This document shows positions 35,371 through 48,771 of a stretch of 56,410 bases of DNA, piece by piece. Both the position numbers and the translations under genes were made by a program. How positions within the stretch are numbered: position 1 is the stretch's first letter; every line of letters starts with the position of its first letter. This stretch comes from Guillardia theta CCMP2712 (Eukaryota; Protista; Cryptophyta): the NCBI RefSeq assembly GCF_000315625.1, contig NW_005434621.1, forward strand, positions 489,399 to 545,808, given 5' to 3'. The notes beneath the pieces were generated by a model that did not search any database, was not told the DNA's origin, and worked only from the letters and a program-made list of their open reading frames with translations.

Positions 35371-36777
35371 ATGTTGCTTCAGGCGTTGAAGCAGCAGGAG
35401 GCAGACATGGCAGACATGCGGACAACCAACAAGAAGCTTGCAGCTGAGGTCGACGAGCTCAAATCCCAAGTGAAAGCTTCAGGAGGAGGAGAAATGTTGA
35501 AGGAGCTCAAAGGCCTTAGCAGCCGCTTCAAGGTTTCTATCTCCTTCTTCCTGCTCCCCCCTCCCCTCCCCTCCCCTCCCCTCCCTCCCTCCCTCCCTCC
35601 CTCGCTCCTCGCTCGCTCTCCATCCTCCATGTCACTTCTGGTACCCGTCTGTCGCTTTTCGTCTCCTGTTGGTCTCGGCGCTGCTCACATTCTGACAGGA
35701 CCTGGAGGCTCGGCTGGTGATTGTGGAGCAGGGGATGGAGAACAAGGCGGACGCTTCTCAGCTGCAGGAAGTGAAGGAGGCGGCGGAGCGTGCAGAGCGA
35801 TCGCTGATGGAACTCTCCACTGAGTTCACGGGGTTCAAGAGCGATCTGATGAAGACCATCAAGGGATTGGAGGGACGAGTTTCTGCCTTACAGTCTCAGG
35901 TCAATCCTGATCCCTTCGCTTCTTCCTCAACCTCGTCCTTCCTGCTGCCTCCTCTTCGTTGCTCCTCTTCCTGACCTCTCCTTTTACTCCTCCTTGTCGT
36001 TCTTGCTTTTAGCTCAGTCCTTTCCTTTCCTCCATCGACATCTTGTCCTTTTCTTTGTGCTGCTCTCCTCCTCTCCCTCCTCCTACTCCTCTCCCTCCTC
36101 CTCCTCCGTCTCGTTGGTCCTTCTCCTCCCACCATGTGACAGGGTCCCAGGTGGCCGAACAGATCAATCATCTCGCAGACTCCAAGGCGAACAAGGCGGA
36201 GGTGACGGAGATGGGGAGGAGGACGGAGAGTCTGGGGAAGGTGTGCGACAGCAACACGGAGGCAGTGGAGGAGATGAAGAGGAGGATGGATGAGTTCCTG
36301 CAAGGCATCGACTCGAAGATCGAGATGAAGGCGGACAGAGACAGTCTCAACAACAAGATCACCCGCGTGGAAGTGGACGACCTTCTCTCCTCCCTCTCCT
36401 CCCTCTTCTCCGAGAAGCAGCGCAAGAACAGCAAGGATCTGCAGGACGTGCGCGACGACCTCGACGTTCTCCTCACCATGGTCATGCAAGACGCCAACGT
36501 GGCTGCTGGCATGCTCAAGTGCCTGTCCTGCGAGAAACCGGTCCTCCTTCACCGCCCGGGGCCTCCGCCGGGGAGCGGGAGGGAGCCAGTCATCACTCAG
36601 GGGACGGACGGCATGATGTACCGAGCGGCCAAGGAGGCGGAGTACAGCCCGCAGTGGACCTCGAGTGGGTTGGGGAGACGATCTGAGAGCCCAGTGAAGA
36701 CGAGGATGGACAGCCCGCAGAAACCGTCGGGGAGGATAAGACCAGCGTCAGCCAAAGTCCGATCCTCCGTCTCTTAA
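35371..36777 (+). CDS. Coiled-coil protein resembling the DUF4795 (QRICH2/C16orf96-like) family
   Basis: Three exons; KADRDSLNNKITRVEVD ... VAAGMLKCLSCEKPV resembles the KAD..L..KVSR...AAG..KCISCDRPV pattern. The start may lie further upstream. Confidence 0.6.
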
Positions 36778-36861
36778 AGCATGTCAACTCCTCCTCCTGC
36801 TCCTCCTGATCCTCCTGCTCGTCCTGCTCCTCCTCGCGTCTGTTCTCTCCTGCTCTTCCCG

Positions 36862-39800
36862 CTACTCATCAGGAGGGACTGCTCCTCCTTCTTCTACTCC
36901 CTCCTCCTGTTCCGGTCTGTCTTCGTTCGCGCTCATCGCCTCCTCCTGCTTCTCCCGGTGACTCCTTCTCTCCTTGAGCTTCTCGTCAGCATCGGCGAGG
37001 AGATGCGGCGAGAAGTTGTTCCCCTTCCAAGTCACCAGCCGTAGCGAGGAGGAGGAGGCGACTGCTCGCGCCACAGCAGCCGCCTGCTCCTCCTCCATGC
37101 AGTTGTAGGAGATGTCGACGCTCGTGAGGGTGGGGCACCGCAGCGCCTTCTCCAGCTCCTCTCCTCCTACGCTCCCGACTGAGTTCCAGCCCAGCAGGAG
37201 GGCCTGCAGGCTGCTGTTGCGAGCGATGCCCTCCACCAGGAGTCCAGCTGCCTCCCCTCGGTAACCGTTCCAGCTGAGGTCCAGCTCGACAAGGGCGGAG
37301 CTGATGCTGAGCATGGCAGCGAGGGCGCGGGCGCTTGCGGTCATGGGGGACGATGGAAGCTGCTTGCCTGCGTTGCCTGCCAGGTTGAGAGACCGGAGTT
37401 GCTGCCCAGCAGCGACTGCGTCTGCGATGCAAGCGAGGGAGGCGTCGCCGAGGCTGTTATTGGCGAGGGAGAGGGAGAGGAGGGAGGAGGAGGTGGGAGA
37501 GGAGGAGGGAAGGAGTAGGCGGCAGATGGAGGAAGCAGCAGAGGTGTCGGTGAACTTGGCGGAGGGAGCCGGCCAGGGCTGAAGCATTTTGAAGGGGCGG
37601 GAGAGCTGCGCGGGAATGATCACGTCCTCCATGAAGGAGAGGTCCTCCTACACGCGCATCAGTGAGGAGAGGAGAGAATAAGCGGAGGAAGACAGGAGGA
37701 GATGGAGAAGCAAGAAGAGGAAGAGGTGGAGAAGCAAGAGGAGGAGGAGGAGGAGGAGGAGGAGGAGGAGGAGAAAACCTTGTATTCTATCATCACATCT
37801 CCGATATTGTTCCCGTCCAACACCAGCTTTCTAATCGCGTTTCTGCTCTCCATGATCGCAGAGCACAGCAGTATCGTCCCCTTGGCTCGCAGATCGTTGT
37901 CCCCCAGGTCCAGGTCCACCAGCCAGCAGCAGGAGGCGATCGCTGCTGCTATGGACCGCACGCTCTTGGCGCTGGGATGTATCCTCCCGCGTACCCTCAG
38001 GCTCCCGTCCTCCGGATGCTCCAGGAAAGCGCTGCAGGGAGCCGTTCCCATGGACAAGCAGGTGCGCAGGTAGCTGCGGATACTCTCCTTCACCTCCCTC
38101 GTCGTCTTGCTCCCTCCCTCCTCCTCCTCCCTCCTTTCGCCCTCCTCCTCCAGCAGCCTCAGTCGCTCAGTCCAGTACCTGTGACTGTGTTATCATCCCC
38201 TTCCCACCCACACTCGCTTTACTCGATCCCCTCCTGCTCCTCCTGCTCCTCCTGCTCCTCCTGCTCCTCCTCTGCGTTCATTGCCTTTCTAGCTGAAGAT
38301 GCAGCCGAAACGCCTGGCAAGATGAAAAGTATGAGGACGCATCAGCTTGGGAGCGGAGGCGAACCTCTAGAGCTCCACGCTTCGCCTCTACCTCCATCCC
38401 TTCCCGTGTCCCTGACTGTCTGCCAAGACCCCTGTCCGTTCTTGTCAGCTAGCAAGAGCAGCCAAAGCAGCAAGAGCAGCAAGAGCACAAAGAGGAGGAG
38501 GAGGAGGAGGAGGAGGATACCCTTCCGTTGGATCCCCAAAGATCCTTGATGTCCTCCTCTGGCGTTCTAACCCGCTCATTCTGCATGCTCCTCCTCATCC
38601 TGTCCACCAGATCTTTCTTCCTGCCGCTGGTGCTCAGACCTCTTTTTCGCAGCTCGATCTCAAGTTGGAAGATCGTCATGCTCCTCAGACTAGTCTCACT
38701 CTCCGGCTCCTCCTGCTCAAGTTGTCAAACTCCAAAGGAGACCGAAACAGTATCCTCTTTCCCCTCCCCCCTTTCCCCCCTCTCCTCCCCTTGCATCTCA
38801 TTTCCTCGTCTCCCTGCTCTTTCCCTCCTCCTCCTCCCTCCTCTTCGACCCTCCCTCACGCCATGGGCACGGCAGCGCTCACAGCTGTGCTCTCCTGCTG
38901 GGCCGGCGAGCCATGGAGGGCCTTGAGGGAGAGCTCGAGCTTGTCTTGGTGGAAGTCGCTGAGGAAGTGCTGCTGCAAGATCTGCTCACGTCTCAGAGCC
39001 GGTCGAGCTCGCCGTCCTCCTCCACCTCCTCATTGATGAAGTTGCGGTCGCAAACTTTGCACACAGCGTGTCCGATGCCTCGAGGAGCGTAGTACCTTGC
39101 CTGAGGTCAGGAGAGGACAGCGAGTCAGCAGGAAGAGGAGAGATGGTACCTATCCCATTCAGCGTTCTCCCACACAGGCTTGGAAGGCATGTACTCCTCG
39201 AGCCTGTCCTTCCTCCTGCTCGTGAACGCGATGACCCTTTTCGTCGGCTGCCTTGTCGGCTTCGCGATGACCCGATGAGTGGGGGGATGCAACCAAGTCA
39301 TCGTCAAGGGTACTGCAGGCTTGTCAGGAGGAGGAGGAGGAGGAGGAGGAAGGGGGGGAGGGGGAAGAGTGTGAGAGGGAGAAGGAAGCAGGTCGCTCAC
39401 AGCAGTACTGATTGGGTGACACGTGCTGTCGGGGAGACACAGCCGAGGATGTGCCTGGCGAGCTCTGCAAGGTACATGAGAGAGAGGAGGGGAGAGGGGG
39501 AGGGAGGGAGGGAGGGAGGGGGAGAGAAATGAGACAGAGGAAGGAGGATGCCTGTCTCAGTATCATGCTTTCAATTGTTCTCGCCACCACCTGCTGAGCA
39601 AGTTCAAGTCAGCGCTGATCGAATGCCTTCTGGTCAATTCTGCTACCTTGGAGACTCGACGGCGCAGGGACGCTGGTACCATGGCATGGGAGAGCTGTCT
39701 CCGTATCTCATCCCTTTGAACTGGTAGCTCGTCTGCGCTCTTCTCATCTCCTAGCGCGCCTGCTTCCTCTTTCCCTCCCCCTAGCCCTCCTGAAAGCTTT

Positions 39801-39985
39801 CGGCTGAGCCCTGACAGTGTCTCGGGTACAGAGTCTCCCAGCCTGACGATGCGCCGGCCTTCCAGGTCATCTTCTTTCCTCCTCCCGTCCCTCCTCTTCT
39901 CTCTCTCTTCCCCCTTCCCTCTCTCCCTCCTCTCCCCCCTCCCTCCCTTCTCTCTCGCCCTCCTCTCCTCCTCCTCCCCCTTCAT
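36862..39985 (-). CDS. SAP-domain plus RNI-like LRR protein, multi-exon
   Basis: SAP motif MTIFQLEIELRKRGLSTSGRKKDLVDRM (38580-38679); LRRs LVDLDLGDNDL, LRSLNLAGN and LVELDLSWNGY. The 5' exons are uncertain. Confidence 0.65.
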
Positions 39986-40178
39986 CCCGGCATGACGGCT
40001 TCAACTGCCAGTGCCATGACGCGAGTTTGACAACTGCTCGATGCCCCGCTTCCCCGCGCATGTCATATCATCCCCCTCATCCACTCACCCTCATCCCCGC
40101 TCAACCCTCGCTTACCTCGCTGACTCTGAGGCTGACTCGCCTGCTGACCAGCGGGGGGACTCAAGGCCAGGCGCAAAG

Positions 40179-42351
40179 ATGGTGCTGGCATGGCAGCTCA
40201 TGCGCGTGTCGCTCCTCCTCCCTCCTCCCAGCCCTCTCGCTCCGAGCAGCTTTCAGTCCTCCTTCCTCCTCCCTCCTCCTCTCAGCCTGCACCATCCTAG
40301 GCACTTCAAGGCTCCTGCCTCGCTTGCGTCCCGCTCGAAGGGCAGGTCGGGCAGGATCCTGGATCTGCGGCCACCTTGTGATGACTCTGATGCAGGCGCT
40401 CAGCCCCTGGTCTCACGGCCCTCAAGAGCAGCGGAGAAGCAACACCGCTGTCAGACATCGAGCCGTTCCACCTCTACAAAGAAGATGGTGATCAACCCCT
40501 GGACACGTGAGCAGGAGAAATGTGAGAGTGGCGTTAGGTTCGCTCCTTCCTCTCCCGGAGGGTTGGAAGAAGCAGGGATCGTACGCATGTTTCAACAAGT
40601 ATGCCTCATGTGCTTGCCGTCCCAGGTCGTCTCTCACCTCCTTTGTTCTGATAGGAACGATGAGCTGCAGTATGTGGCAATGTCCCGACTGGTGCTGCGA
40701 CGTGGGACAACCTTTCCTGTCATGCTCATTGAGATACAGGTGTACAACAGCATTCAGAATCATCTTCAGATGCTCTCCAGCTCAGAGTTCAGCTCTGTCA
40801 AGGTGGTCACCTGGTACGCGCTCGACAGCCTCCTCCGAGGAAGCTGACGGCGGCTGGTGACCAGGGACAACCCGACCAAGGAGGACATGGAGGGGGCAGC
40901 GACGAGCTGGATCTCAAGCCACATCGATGCTTACGGGGCAGCTCCGCCAGGGAACACGCGAGAGGTGAGGCAGGGGGGGAAGTGAGCGGGGGCTGACTCT
41001 CGCGTAAGGTTGAGATCTGGCGAAAGAAGGCGGCTGAGGTGCGAAGGCAGAAGCCCAACGTCGAGGTGAGGGAGAAGAGCCAGGCGGGAACGTTGCTGAG
41101 CGAGGCTGCAGTTTGAGGCTGGAAGCACGGAAGATCAGGCGCCAGCTCAGATCAGGAGCATAATCGATCGTTACCCGATCGTGTTGTTCATGAAGGGAAC
41201 TAGACAGGTTCGAACGACTTGCCTTTCTGTCCCTGCAGCATCCGAACCTTATCATCTTGATTGTTACCATTATCATCATGCTCTGTTGTCCGTTGTCATT
41301 CCTTGCTCTGAGTTGCTCTCAACTCAAAGTCTCTTCTTCTCTCTCAAACTCAAAGTCTCTTCTTCTCTCTCCTTCCACTCGGCCTTCACAGCTCTAATCA
41401 ACCACCAGGCCCCGCAGTGCGGCTTCTCCGACGCAACTGTCGCCCTCCTGGATCAGCTGCAGGTCGTCTCGTCGAGTTCGGATCGAGCTGGGCAATGACG
41501 TGTCAGGCAGGTGGACTACGAGTGTATCGACTGTCTGGATGAGGAACGGAACCCGGGCTTGAGGGAGGCGATCAAAGTCTTCTCGGAATGGCCGACGATT
41601 CCGCAGGTTGGAGGAGGAGGAGGAGGAGGAGGAGGAGGAGGAGGAGGAGGAGGAGGAAGCGCGGAGAGGAGCTGAGCAGCTGAGTACACTTCAGCTGTAC
41701 GTTGGATCGGAGTTCATCGGAGGAGCAGACATTTGCCGCGACATGGCGGAGGCAGGAGAGCTGCAGGACGTGATCGAGAAGGAGCTGCAGGCCCGGCGCA
41801 TGCGCTCCAAGTCGTTCGTCACTCGCTCGCCCGAAGACATCTGGGATCTGATGACAAAGTCGCCCGACGTCACGTTGTCTTTCCTCCCCCCCTTCCTCTG
41901 CATCTTACTCGAGCTCAGGTTCGTTGACTGCCGCACGGAGCAGGAGTACGACAATGGCCGAGTCAAGGCAGGTTGACGCCATCGAGTCCCGTTGCTGAAT
42001 GTGAGAGCAGGGAGCTGTAAACGTCCCTGCCTTCCTCGATACCCCGCAGGGGCGGCTGCCTGTACGCGAGGACTTCCTCAAGAGGATGCTGGTAAGCCCA
42101 GCAGCTGCTCTCGCCCCTGCCGACCATGCTTGCAGCAAAAGTTTCCGGACAAGAACTCCAAGATCGTTGTGGGTTGCCAACGAGGGATTCGGAGCGCCGA
42201 AGCTGCTTCCTGGCTGTGCGAGGTTGGGTACACTAACATCGTCAACCAGGATGGAGGGTGCGAGGCAGCTCAGGCTCCCCGACTGATGCTGACGGCCTTG
42301 TGCAGGTTTTCCTACTGGGTCACGAAGAAAGATCTGCCAACGGAGGCGTGA
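40179..42351 (+). CDS. GrxS16-like monothiol glutaredoxin (GIY-YIG-like domain plus CGFS Grx) fused to a C-terminal rhodanese; likely organelle-targeted
   Basis: Spliced: GSYACFNK|[21 protein letters not shown]; [10 protein letters not shown]|APQCGFS; SEWPTIPQ|[13 protein letters not shown]; [16 protein letters not shown]|GAVNVP; [10 protein letters not shown]; DGG|FSYW. Confidence 0.85.
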
Positions 42352-43079
42352 GGAGAGAGGAGGAGGAGCTCCAGTGATCGTAGAAACGAAACGAAAAGAA
42401 AGTTGCTCTCGCTCCATATCGCCCTCATAGCACGTATGACTCGAGCAAGGAAGGGGAGAGCTGGACGAAGGGAAGGGTAGGAGGGCGGGGAAGGGGAGAT
42501 AGGAAGAAGGGGGCGGGATGGTAAATGGTAAGAGGAAAGGGAGAGAAGGAGGGAGAGAGAGGAAGAGGGGGAGATAAATGTATGGGATGGGGATGAGAGT
42601 GGTAGAAGGAGCAGGAGGAAGATGGGGAGGGAGGGGGAGGGAGGGGGAGGGAGCGAGCAGGAGGTGTACGAGGGCAGAGGGGCAAGGACACAAAAGGGAT
42701 GACCGAGGTGCGGAGGGGTTCGTGAGAGGGTCGATCGATGAGACGGGACATATAAAGAGTTTGTATTCTTTTTTTACTCCGTCCTCTTCGAAACTTTTTG
42801 CCCTCCCTTCTGCCGCACCCGCACCCGCTACATCCTCCTCCTCCTCTACCTCCTCCTCCACTTCCCTTCCCTTCTCCCCTTCCCCTTCTATCTCTCCGTC
42901 CCCTTACCCCCTCCCCTCCACACCTCCACCGCAGTCTCCCTCTGCCCCTCCCCCCCCCTTCCTCCATGCTACTACTCTTCCTCGCCTTCCTCGCACTTCC
43001 CTCCCATGCCGCTTGCTTCTCTCCTACTCTCCTCCTCCCCAGGTCATGTGCTTGCAGGTCCTCCTCCTCTCCTCTTGCC

Positions 43080-43856
43080 ATGGCGTCCATGAGCGAGGCA
43101 GGCGGCAGCTTGAGGACGTTCTATGCAGGTAGAGGAGCGTCAGGGGAGGAGGGGCTGAGCGCCAGCTGCAGGAGACGTCTTGATGCAGTCAGGGAGGATG
43201 CTGGCTGGGGTCGAGCTGGTGTACGAGGTGCACGGGGAGATGAACGAGGACAAGTCCAACGTCATCCTTCACCCGACCTCCTTCGGCGCCTCCCACTCGG
43301 ACTTGCGGTACAGGATCGGGGAGGGCGGAAAGTTCACCCTCGACACCAGCCAGCACTGCGTGATCGTATGCAACCTCCTCGGTAATGGTGTCTCCTCCTC
43401 TCCCTCCTCCTCCTCCTCCCTGCGACCGGCGCCGACCCTCGAGGTACCCGCGAGGAAGCGATCCGTTCGCTGACTTGGAACGAGGACTGGGCATGGCCGA
43501 GCATGTACGACAACGTGAAGTTGATGAGAAGGCTGATCAAGGAGGAGCTGAAACTGTCTTGTCCCCTCGCGATGATCTTCGGATACTCGATGGGAGCCAT
43601 GGCGGCTCTCCACTTCGCTTCTCTCTTCCCCTCCGACGTTGAGCGAGTGGCGGCGGTGTGTGGGGTGGCCTGCACGTCAGACTACAACAAGGTGTTCCTG
43701 TCCTCCCTGCGGGAGGGTCTTTGTGCTGATGGAGCGTGGGATGAGGAGAAGAAGGTGAGGGAGGGAGAGGGAGGAGGAGGAGATTTCGATTCGCGAGGAG
43801 AGTCGGTAGAGTCGGGAGGAGTTGGGGAGAGACAAGGAGGTGAAGATTGTGAGGAA

Positions 43857-43907
<51 letters not shown>

Positions 43908-44231
43908 GGGGGGTTGGGAGGGTGGATACAGTGGAGGAGGCTGACGTGTTTGGATAGATGTTCACTTGTAAGCCTGTACGAGGGCTGAGAGCCTTCGGTT
44001 CCATCTATGCAGGATGGGGACTGAGCCCAAGTTTCTACAGGTAAGAGGAGGGTGGGAAGGGGAAGGGACCGTGAAAGGAGGAGACGACGGAGTGGGAAGA
44101 TGAGGAAGCTGGTAGGAACAAGGAGTTTGCGTCGCCGTCTGTCGGAGACTTCAGGAGCCTGGAGGACTTCGTTGAGAGGGTAAGAAGAGAAGTGCTGAGA
44201 AGGAGCAGGAGCAGGAGCAGGAGAGGTGGGG

Positions 44232-44269
<38 letters not shown>

Positions 44270-44280
44270 CAGCAGGAGCA

Positions 44281-44320
<40 letters not shown>

Positions 44321-44896
44321 CAGGAGCAGGAGAGGTGGGGAGGAGCAGGAGGATGAGGATGGAGCTGACGATTTTTGGAGGGATATGTTGAGGGTTTTCA
44401 AGGGTGCGAACCTCACGACCTGCTGGCCATGTTGCACACTTGGTACACGGGAGACATCGGAAACAATGACATGTTCCTAGGTACTGAGTAGATATGTTCC
44501 TCCGCTCCTCTCTCCTCGTTCCTTCCTACCTGTCTTCTCGTTCCCTCCTGCTTCCTTTCCTCCCTTCCCCTGCTCTCTCTTTCGCTCCCTCATCCTGTCT
44601 TGTTCTCGTTCTTAAATGTTCTCTTCCCCTTCCTCCTCCACTCTCCTGGTTGCCTTCTCGATCCCTTTCCGTGCTCCTTCTCCTCCTCTCCTCCATTCCT
44701 CTTTCTTTCACTTCTCGATTCCTCCTCTTCTCGTGCTTCCCCTTACTTCTCTTGGATGCTTAACTCTAACTTGATCTACAGGCGACAGGAGAAAAGCTTT
44801 TAAAGCGATTCAGGCACGCGTCTGCTACATGCCATGCGAAACTGACAGGTAGAGCGAGGGAGGGAGCGAGGGAGGGAGCGAGGAGCGAGGAAGAGC

Positions 44897-44939
<43 letters not shown>

Positions 44940-45367
44940 GGAGGAGGAGGAGGAGGAGGAGGAGGAGGAGGGAAGGAAGATGATGGTGATGGCGAGGAAG
45001 AGGATGGGGGCATCTTAATGCGAGTGACTTCTATGGTTGCAGATATTTCACTGTCGAAGACGCCGCCCATGAGGTGAGAAACTAATCTGAGAGTGGAAGC
45101 TGAGAAAACTAGAAGCCCGAGAAAGAAGGAGTTGGAGAGAGTGGAGGACGAGGATATGGACGAGGACGAGGACGAGGACGAGGGAGAGGGAGAGGGAGAG
45201 GGAGAGGGAGAGGGAGAGGGAGAGGGAGAGGGAGAGGGAGAGGGAGAGGGAGAGGAGGAGGACGCTTGTGTAGGCTGACGTGGATCAAACTTTCAGGTCG
45301 AGCTCGTCGACAAGGCGGAGCTGAGGGTGATGCCATTCAGCTGGGGTCATCGAGGTGCCACTACGAT

Positions 45368-45428
<61 letters not shown>

Positions 45429-45571
45429 CCCTGCCCCTGCCCCTCCTGCCGACGCTTCACTTGCTGCTGCTGGGGCTGACCTTGAAGGCAGCTGGGGATC
45501 CTCATCGGCGGGGACAGGAGGAGCAGGACAAGTGGATCACCAAACAAGTGAAGGAAATGCTGGAGACGTGA
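43080..45571 (+). CDS. Homoserine O-acetyltransferase (MetX)-like alpha/beta hydrolase, multi-exon
   Basis: YEVHGEMNEDKSNVILHPT, NLLGNGVSSSPS, nucleophile elbow GYSMG, Asp in CETD|RYF and His in SWGHR. Confidence 0.8.
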
Positions 45572-45770
45572 GAGGGAGATAGGAGGAGGAGGAAAGGAGG
45601 AGGGGGAGGAGGAGGAGGGGGAGGAGCTCGAGGCGTTGAGGAGGGATGAGAAGGGGAGCGAAAGGGGCAGGACAGGAAGAAAAGGGAAGGGAGGACCGGT
45701 TACATTCCATGAAACATCGCGCTCTAATGTTCGGTCCCCGCCGTCTTTTATTTTGTCTTCCTGCTCCTCC

Positions 45771-45863
45771 TCACGCAGCACCGGAAGGCCCTCGTTCCCC
45801 ACTCCGAGGAAGCAGACTGAAGGAGTCCAGTTAGGGAAGGACGAGGACGAGGACGAGGACGAT

Positions 45864-45913
<50 letters not shown>

Positions 45914-47828
45914 AGCAGAAGGACATTTCACCTTGAGAGGAACTGGAAGTTGAGGAAGACATAACCCTTGCTTCCGCTGGGAGCACCTGATGACAACGAT
46001 CAAACCCACCAATCCCCCATGCCCCTGCTCCTGCCCCTGCCCCTGCCCCATCCCATGCCCCTGCCCCTGCCCCTGCCCCTGCCCCTGCCCCTGCCCCTGC
46101 CCCTGCCCCTGCCCCTGCCCCAACTCCAGCTGCTCCTGCCCCTGCCCCTGCTGCTACAACTCCTACTGCTCCTGCTCTCGCTTCCCTGTTCCTCTTCTTC
46201 TTCTTACATGCAGAGTCTTTGAGGCCACCAGCTTCCTGCAAGACTATCACGAGTGCAAGCGAGGAGGGAGAGGAGGAGGAGGAGGACGAGAAGCAGCAGC
46301 AGCAGCAGCAGCAGGTAGCCATTCAAAGAACGGGAAGGACCTGAATGAGTTTGTTCGCATCCTTGAGCTTGTGGAAGGGAACGTACGGCCATGCTGAACA
46401 AACGTGATGAGTGAGGAAGAAAGAGAAGGAGGGAGGGAGGGAGGGAGGGAGGGAGGGAGGGAGGGAGGGAGGGAGGGAGGGAGGGAGAGGTTCTACCATG
46501 GTGCTCAAAGTGATAAGGCATTTGCCATGCCATCTTCCTGTAAAACCTGAGGGAGAAATTCAATCTTCTTTCTTCTTCTCCTCTCCCTCCTCCCTATCAT
46601 TCCCTCTCTCGATCCGCTCCTACACCTCCCTATCCCATCCTTCCTCCTTCCTCGTCTCGCTCCTCCCTCCTCTCGCTCCTCCCTCCTCTCAGACCAGTTG
46701 GTGGACATGGTCCGAGTGTTCTCCAGTACGTTGGGGTTTTGGTGGCATCCTCTAGTGCGGACGTGAGATGAAGCGTAAGGAGGAGGAGGAGGGGGGAGGA
46801 GGATAGGAAGGAAGTGTAACGAAGAGGAGGAGGGTGGAGTAAGATAGGGAGGAAGTGAAGAGAGGAGGAGGAGGAGGAGGACAGGGGAGAGGAGGGAAAG
46901 GCACAGAGGAGCTTGCCTGTGTTCAGCAAAGAGGTAGAAGCGAAGAAAGGGCTGCATGGCTGTGAGGAGAGGGAAATGCGTCGGCGAGCCCAACCTGTCC
47001 GAGGAGAGAGGGAAGAACCCAGAAAGTGACGAGAGCTGGAGGAGAAGAGAAATATGAGCAGAGAGAAGGAGAGAAGATGTCGTAGGTGTAAGAGCAAGGA
47101 AAAAGGGAAGACGATCATGAGCAGGAGCAGGAGCAGGGGCAGGGGCAGGGGCAGGAGGAGGATGAGGAGGAGGAGGAGGAGGAGAAGCAGGAGGGGCAGG
47201 GGCAGGAAGGGAGATGGGAGGGTGACCTTGTCCGATAGCAGGGAACGAAAGCCCTACCGCCACCGCGAGCATGTAGAGGAGAAGGTAGACCCTCGCCTCG
47301 TTCGCTACCTGCTGGAGAGCTCTGGACAGGAGAGCTAAGACAGAGGGAGGAAGGAAGCGAAGATGACGGGAGGAGGAGGGAGAAAGAAGAGGGGGGAAGG
47401 GGGAGGGGGAAAGACAAGAGGAGGATAGGACGAGAGGAGGAGAGGACGAGAGGAGGATGAGAGGTGGGGAAAGGAGAAGGAGGAGGAGGAGGATTAGGGG
47501 AGGGAAGAGGAGGGGAAGGAGGGCGAAGCAGGGAAGGAGGAAGGGAGGACGGAGGAGAGGAGCTCACTTGGGGTTGGCGAGGTAGTGCTCGTGCGCCTGC
47601 TTCTTTCCCAGCGCATGCATGATGGTGGTGGAGGAAGCGTCGAACCAGAATGGAAGCCCGGAGATGTAGAGCACGTACCCGGGCCACTGAGGAGGAGGAG
47701 ATCCTCAGAAGTGAACAAGAGGAGGATGAAGAGGGAGGGATGGCGACAGCAAGGGGGAGGAAGGAGAAGACAAAGAGAGGAGCAAGGAAGAGCGGGTGCA
47801 GAACAAAATGACAAGGCAAGGGGAGAGA

Positions 47829-47892
<64 letters not shown>

Positions 47893-48727
47893 TAAGATCC
47901 GGATGCAGGGGGGGGGGGGGTTAAATACGAGAAGGAGGAAGAGGAAGAGGAAGAGAAGGACGACGAAGAGGAGGAAGAGGAGGAAGAGGAGGAAGAGGAG
48001 GAAGAGGAAGAAGAGGAGGCGTCTGTGCTTACTGTGGAAACATCCATATCAAGCGCTGACGGCTGTAGCTCGCTGTCTTTCTCCACGTTCCCTTCCTCAT
48101 CAAGTCAGTCCCAGCTGACCTCCAGCACTTGGACCTGTGAACTTGTGGTGGGCCCAGTGGTAGTAGAAGTAGTGAAGTGCCTGAAGGAGAGTTAGGTGAA
48201 GAGAGAGGGAGAGGGAGAGGGAGAGGAGGGAGAGGGAGAGGGAGAGGGAGAGGGAGAGGGGGAGGGAGAGGGAGAGGGAGAGGGAGAGGGAGCGGGAGAG
48301 GGAGAGGGAGCGGGAGAGGGAGAGGGAGAGGGAGAGGGAGAGGGAGAGGGGAATCGAAGAGCGGGAGACAACGAATGGAAGGGAGTGAAAGAGAGGATGC
48401 AAGGAAGACAACGATGGGAGGAGAAGGTGCGGAGGAGGCTGAGGGATGGGAGTGAAGTGAGAAGGGAGCAGGTGACGCTCCGAACCGGTCGGAGGCAGAG
48501 AAAGCCCGCGATGTGCATGACGCAGTCGTTGAGGAGGCGGGAACGGAAGGCGGAACGATGGACGGTCTCTGCCGCAGGTTGAGCAGGAAACAAAGACAAA
48601 GCCTTGAGCCGTGAGACAGGGAGAGGGTTGAGCGCGAGCTTTCTGGAGGAAAAGAGGAGAAAGAGAGCAGGAGCAGGAGCAGGAGCAGGAGCGGGAGCGG
48701 GAGCGGGAGCGGGAGCAGGAGCAGGAT

Positions 48728-48771
<44 letters not shown>

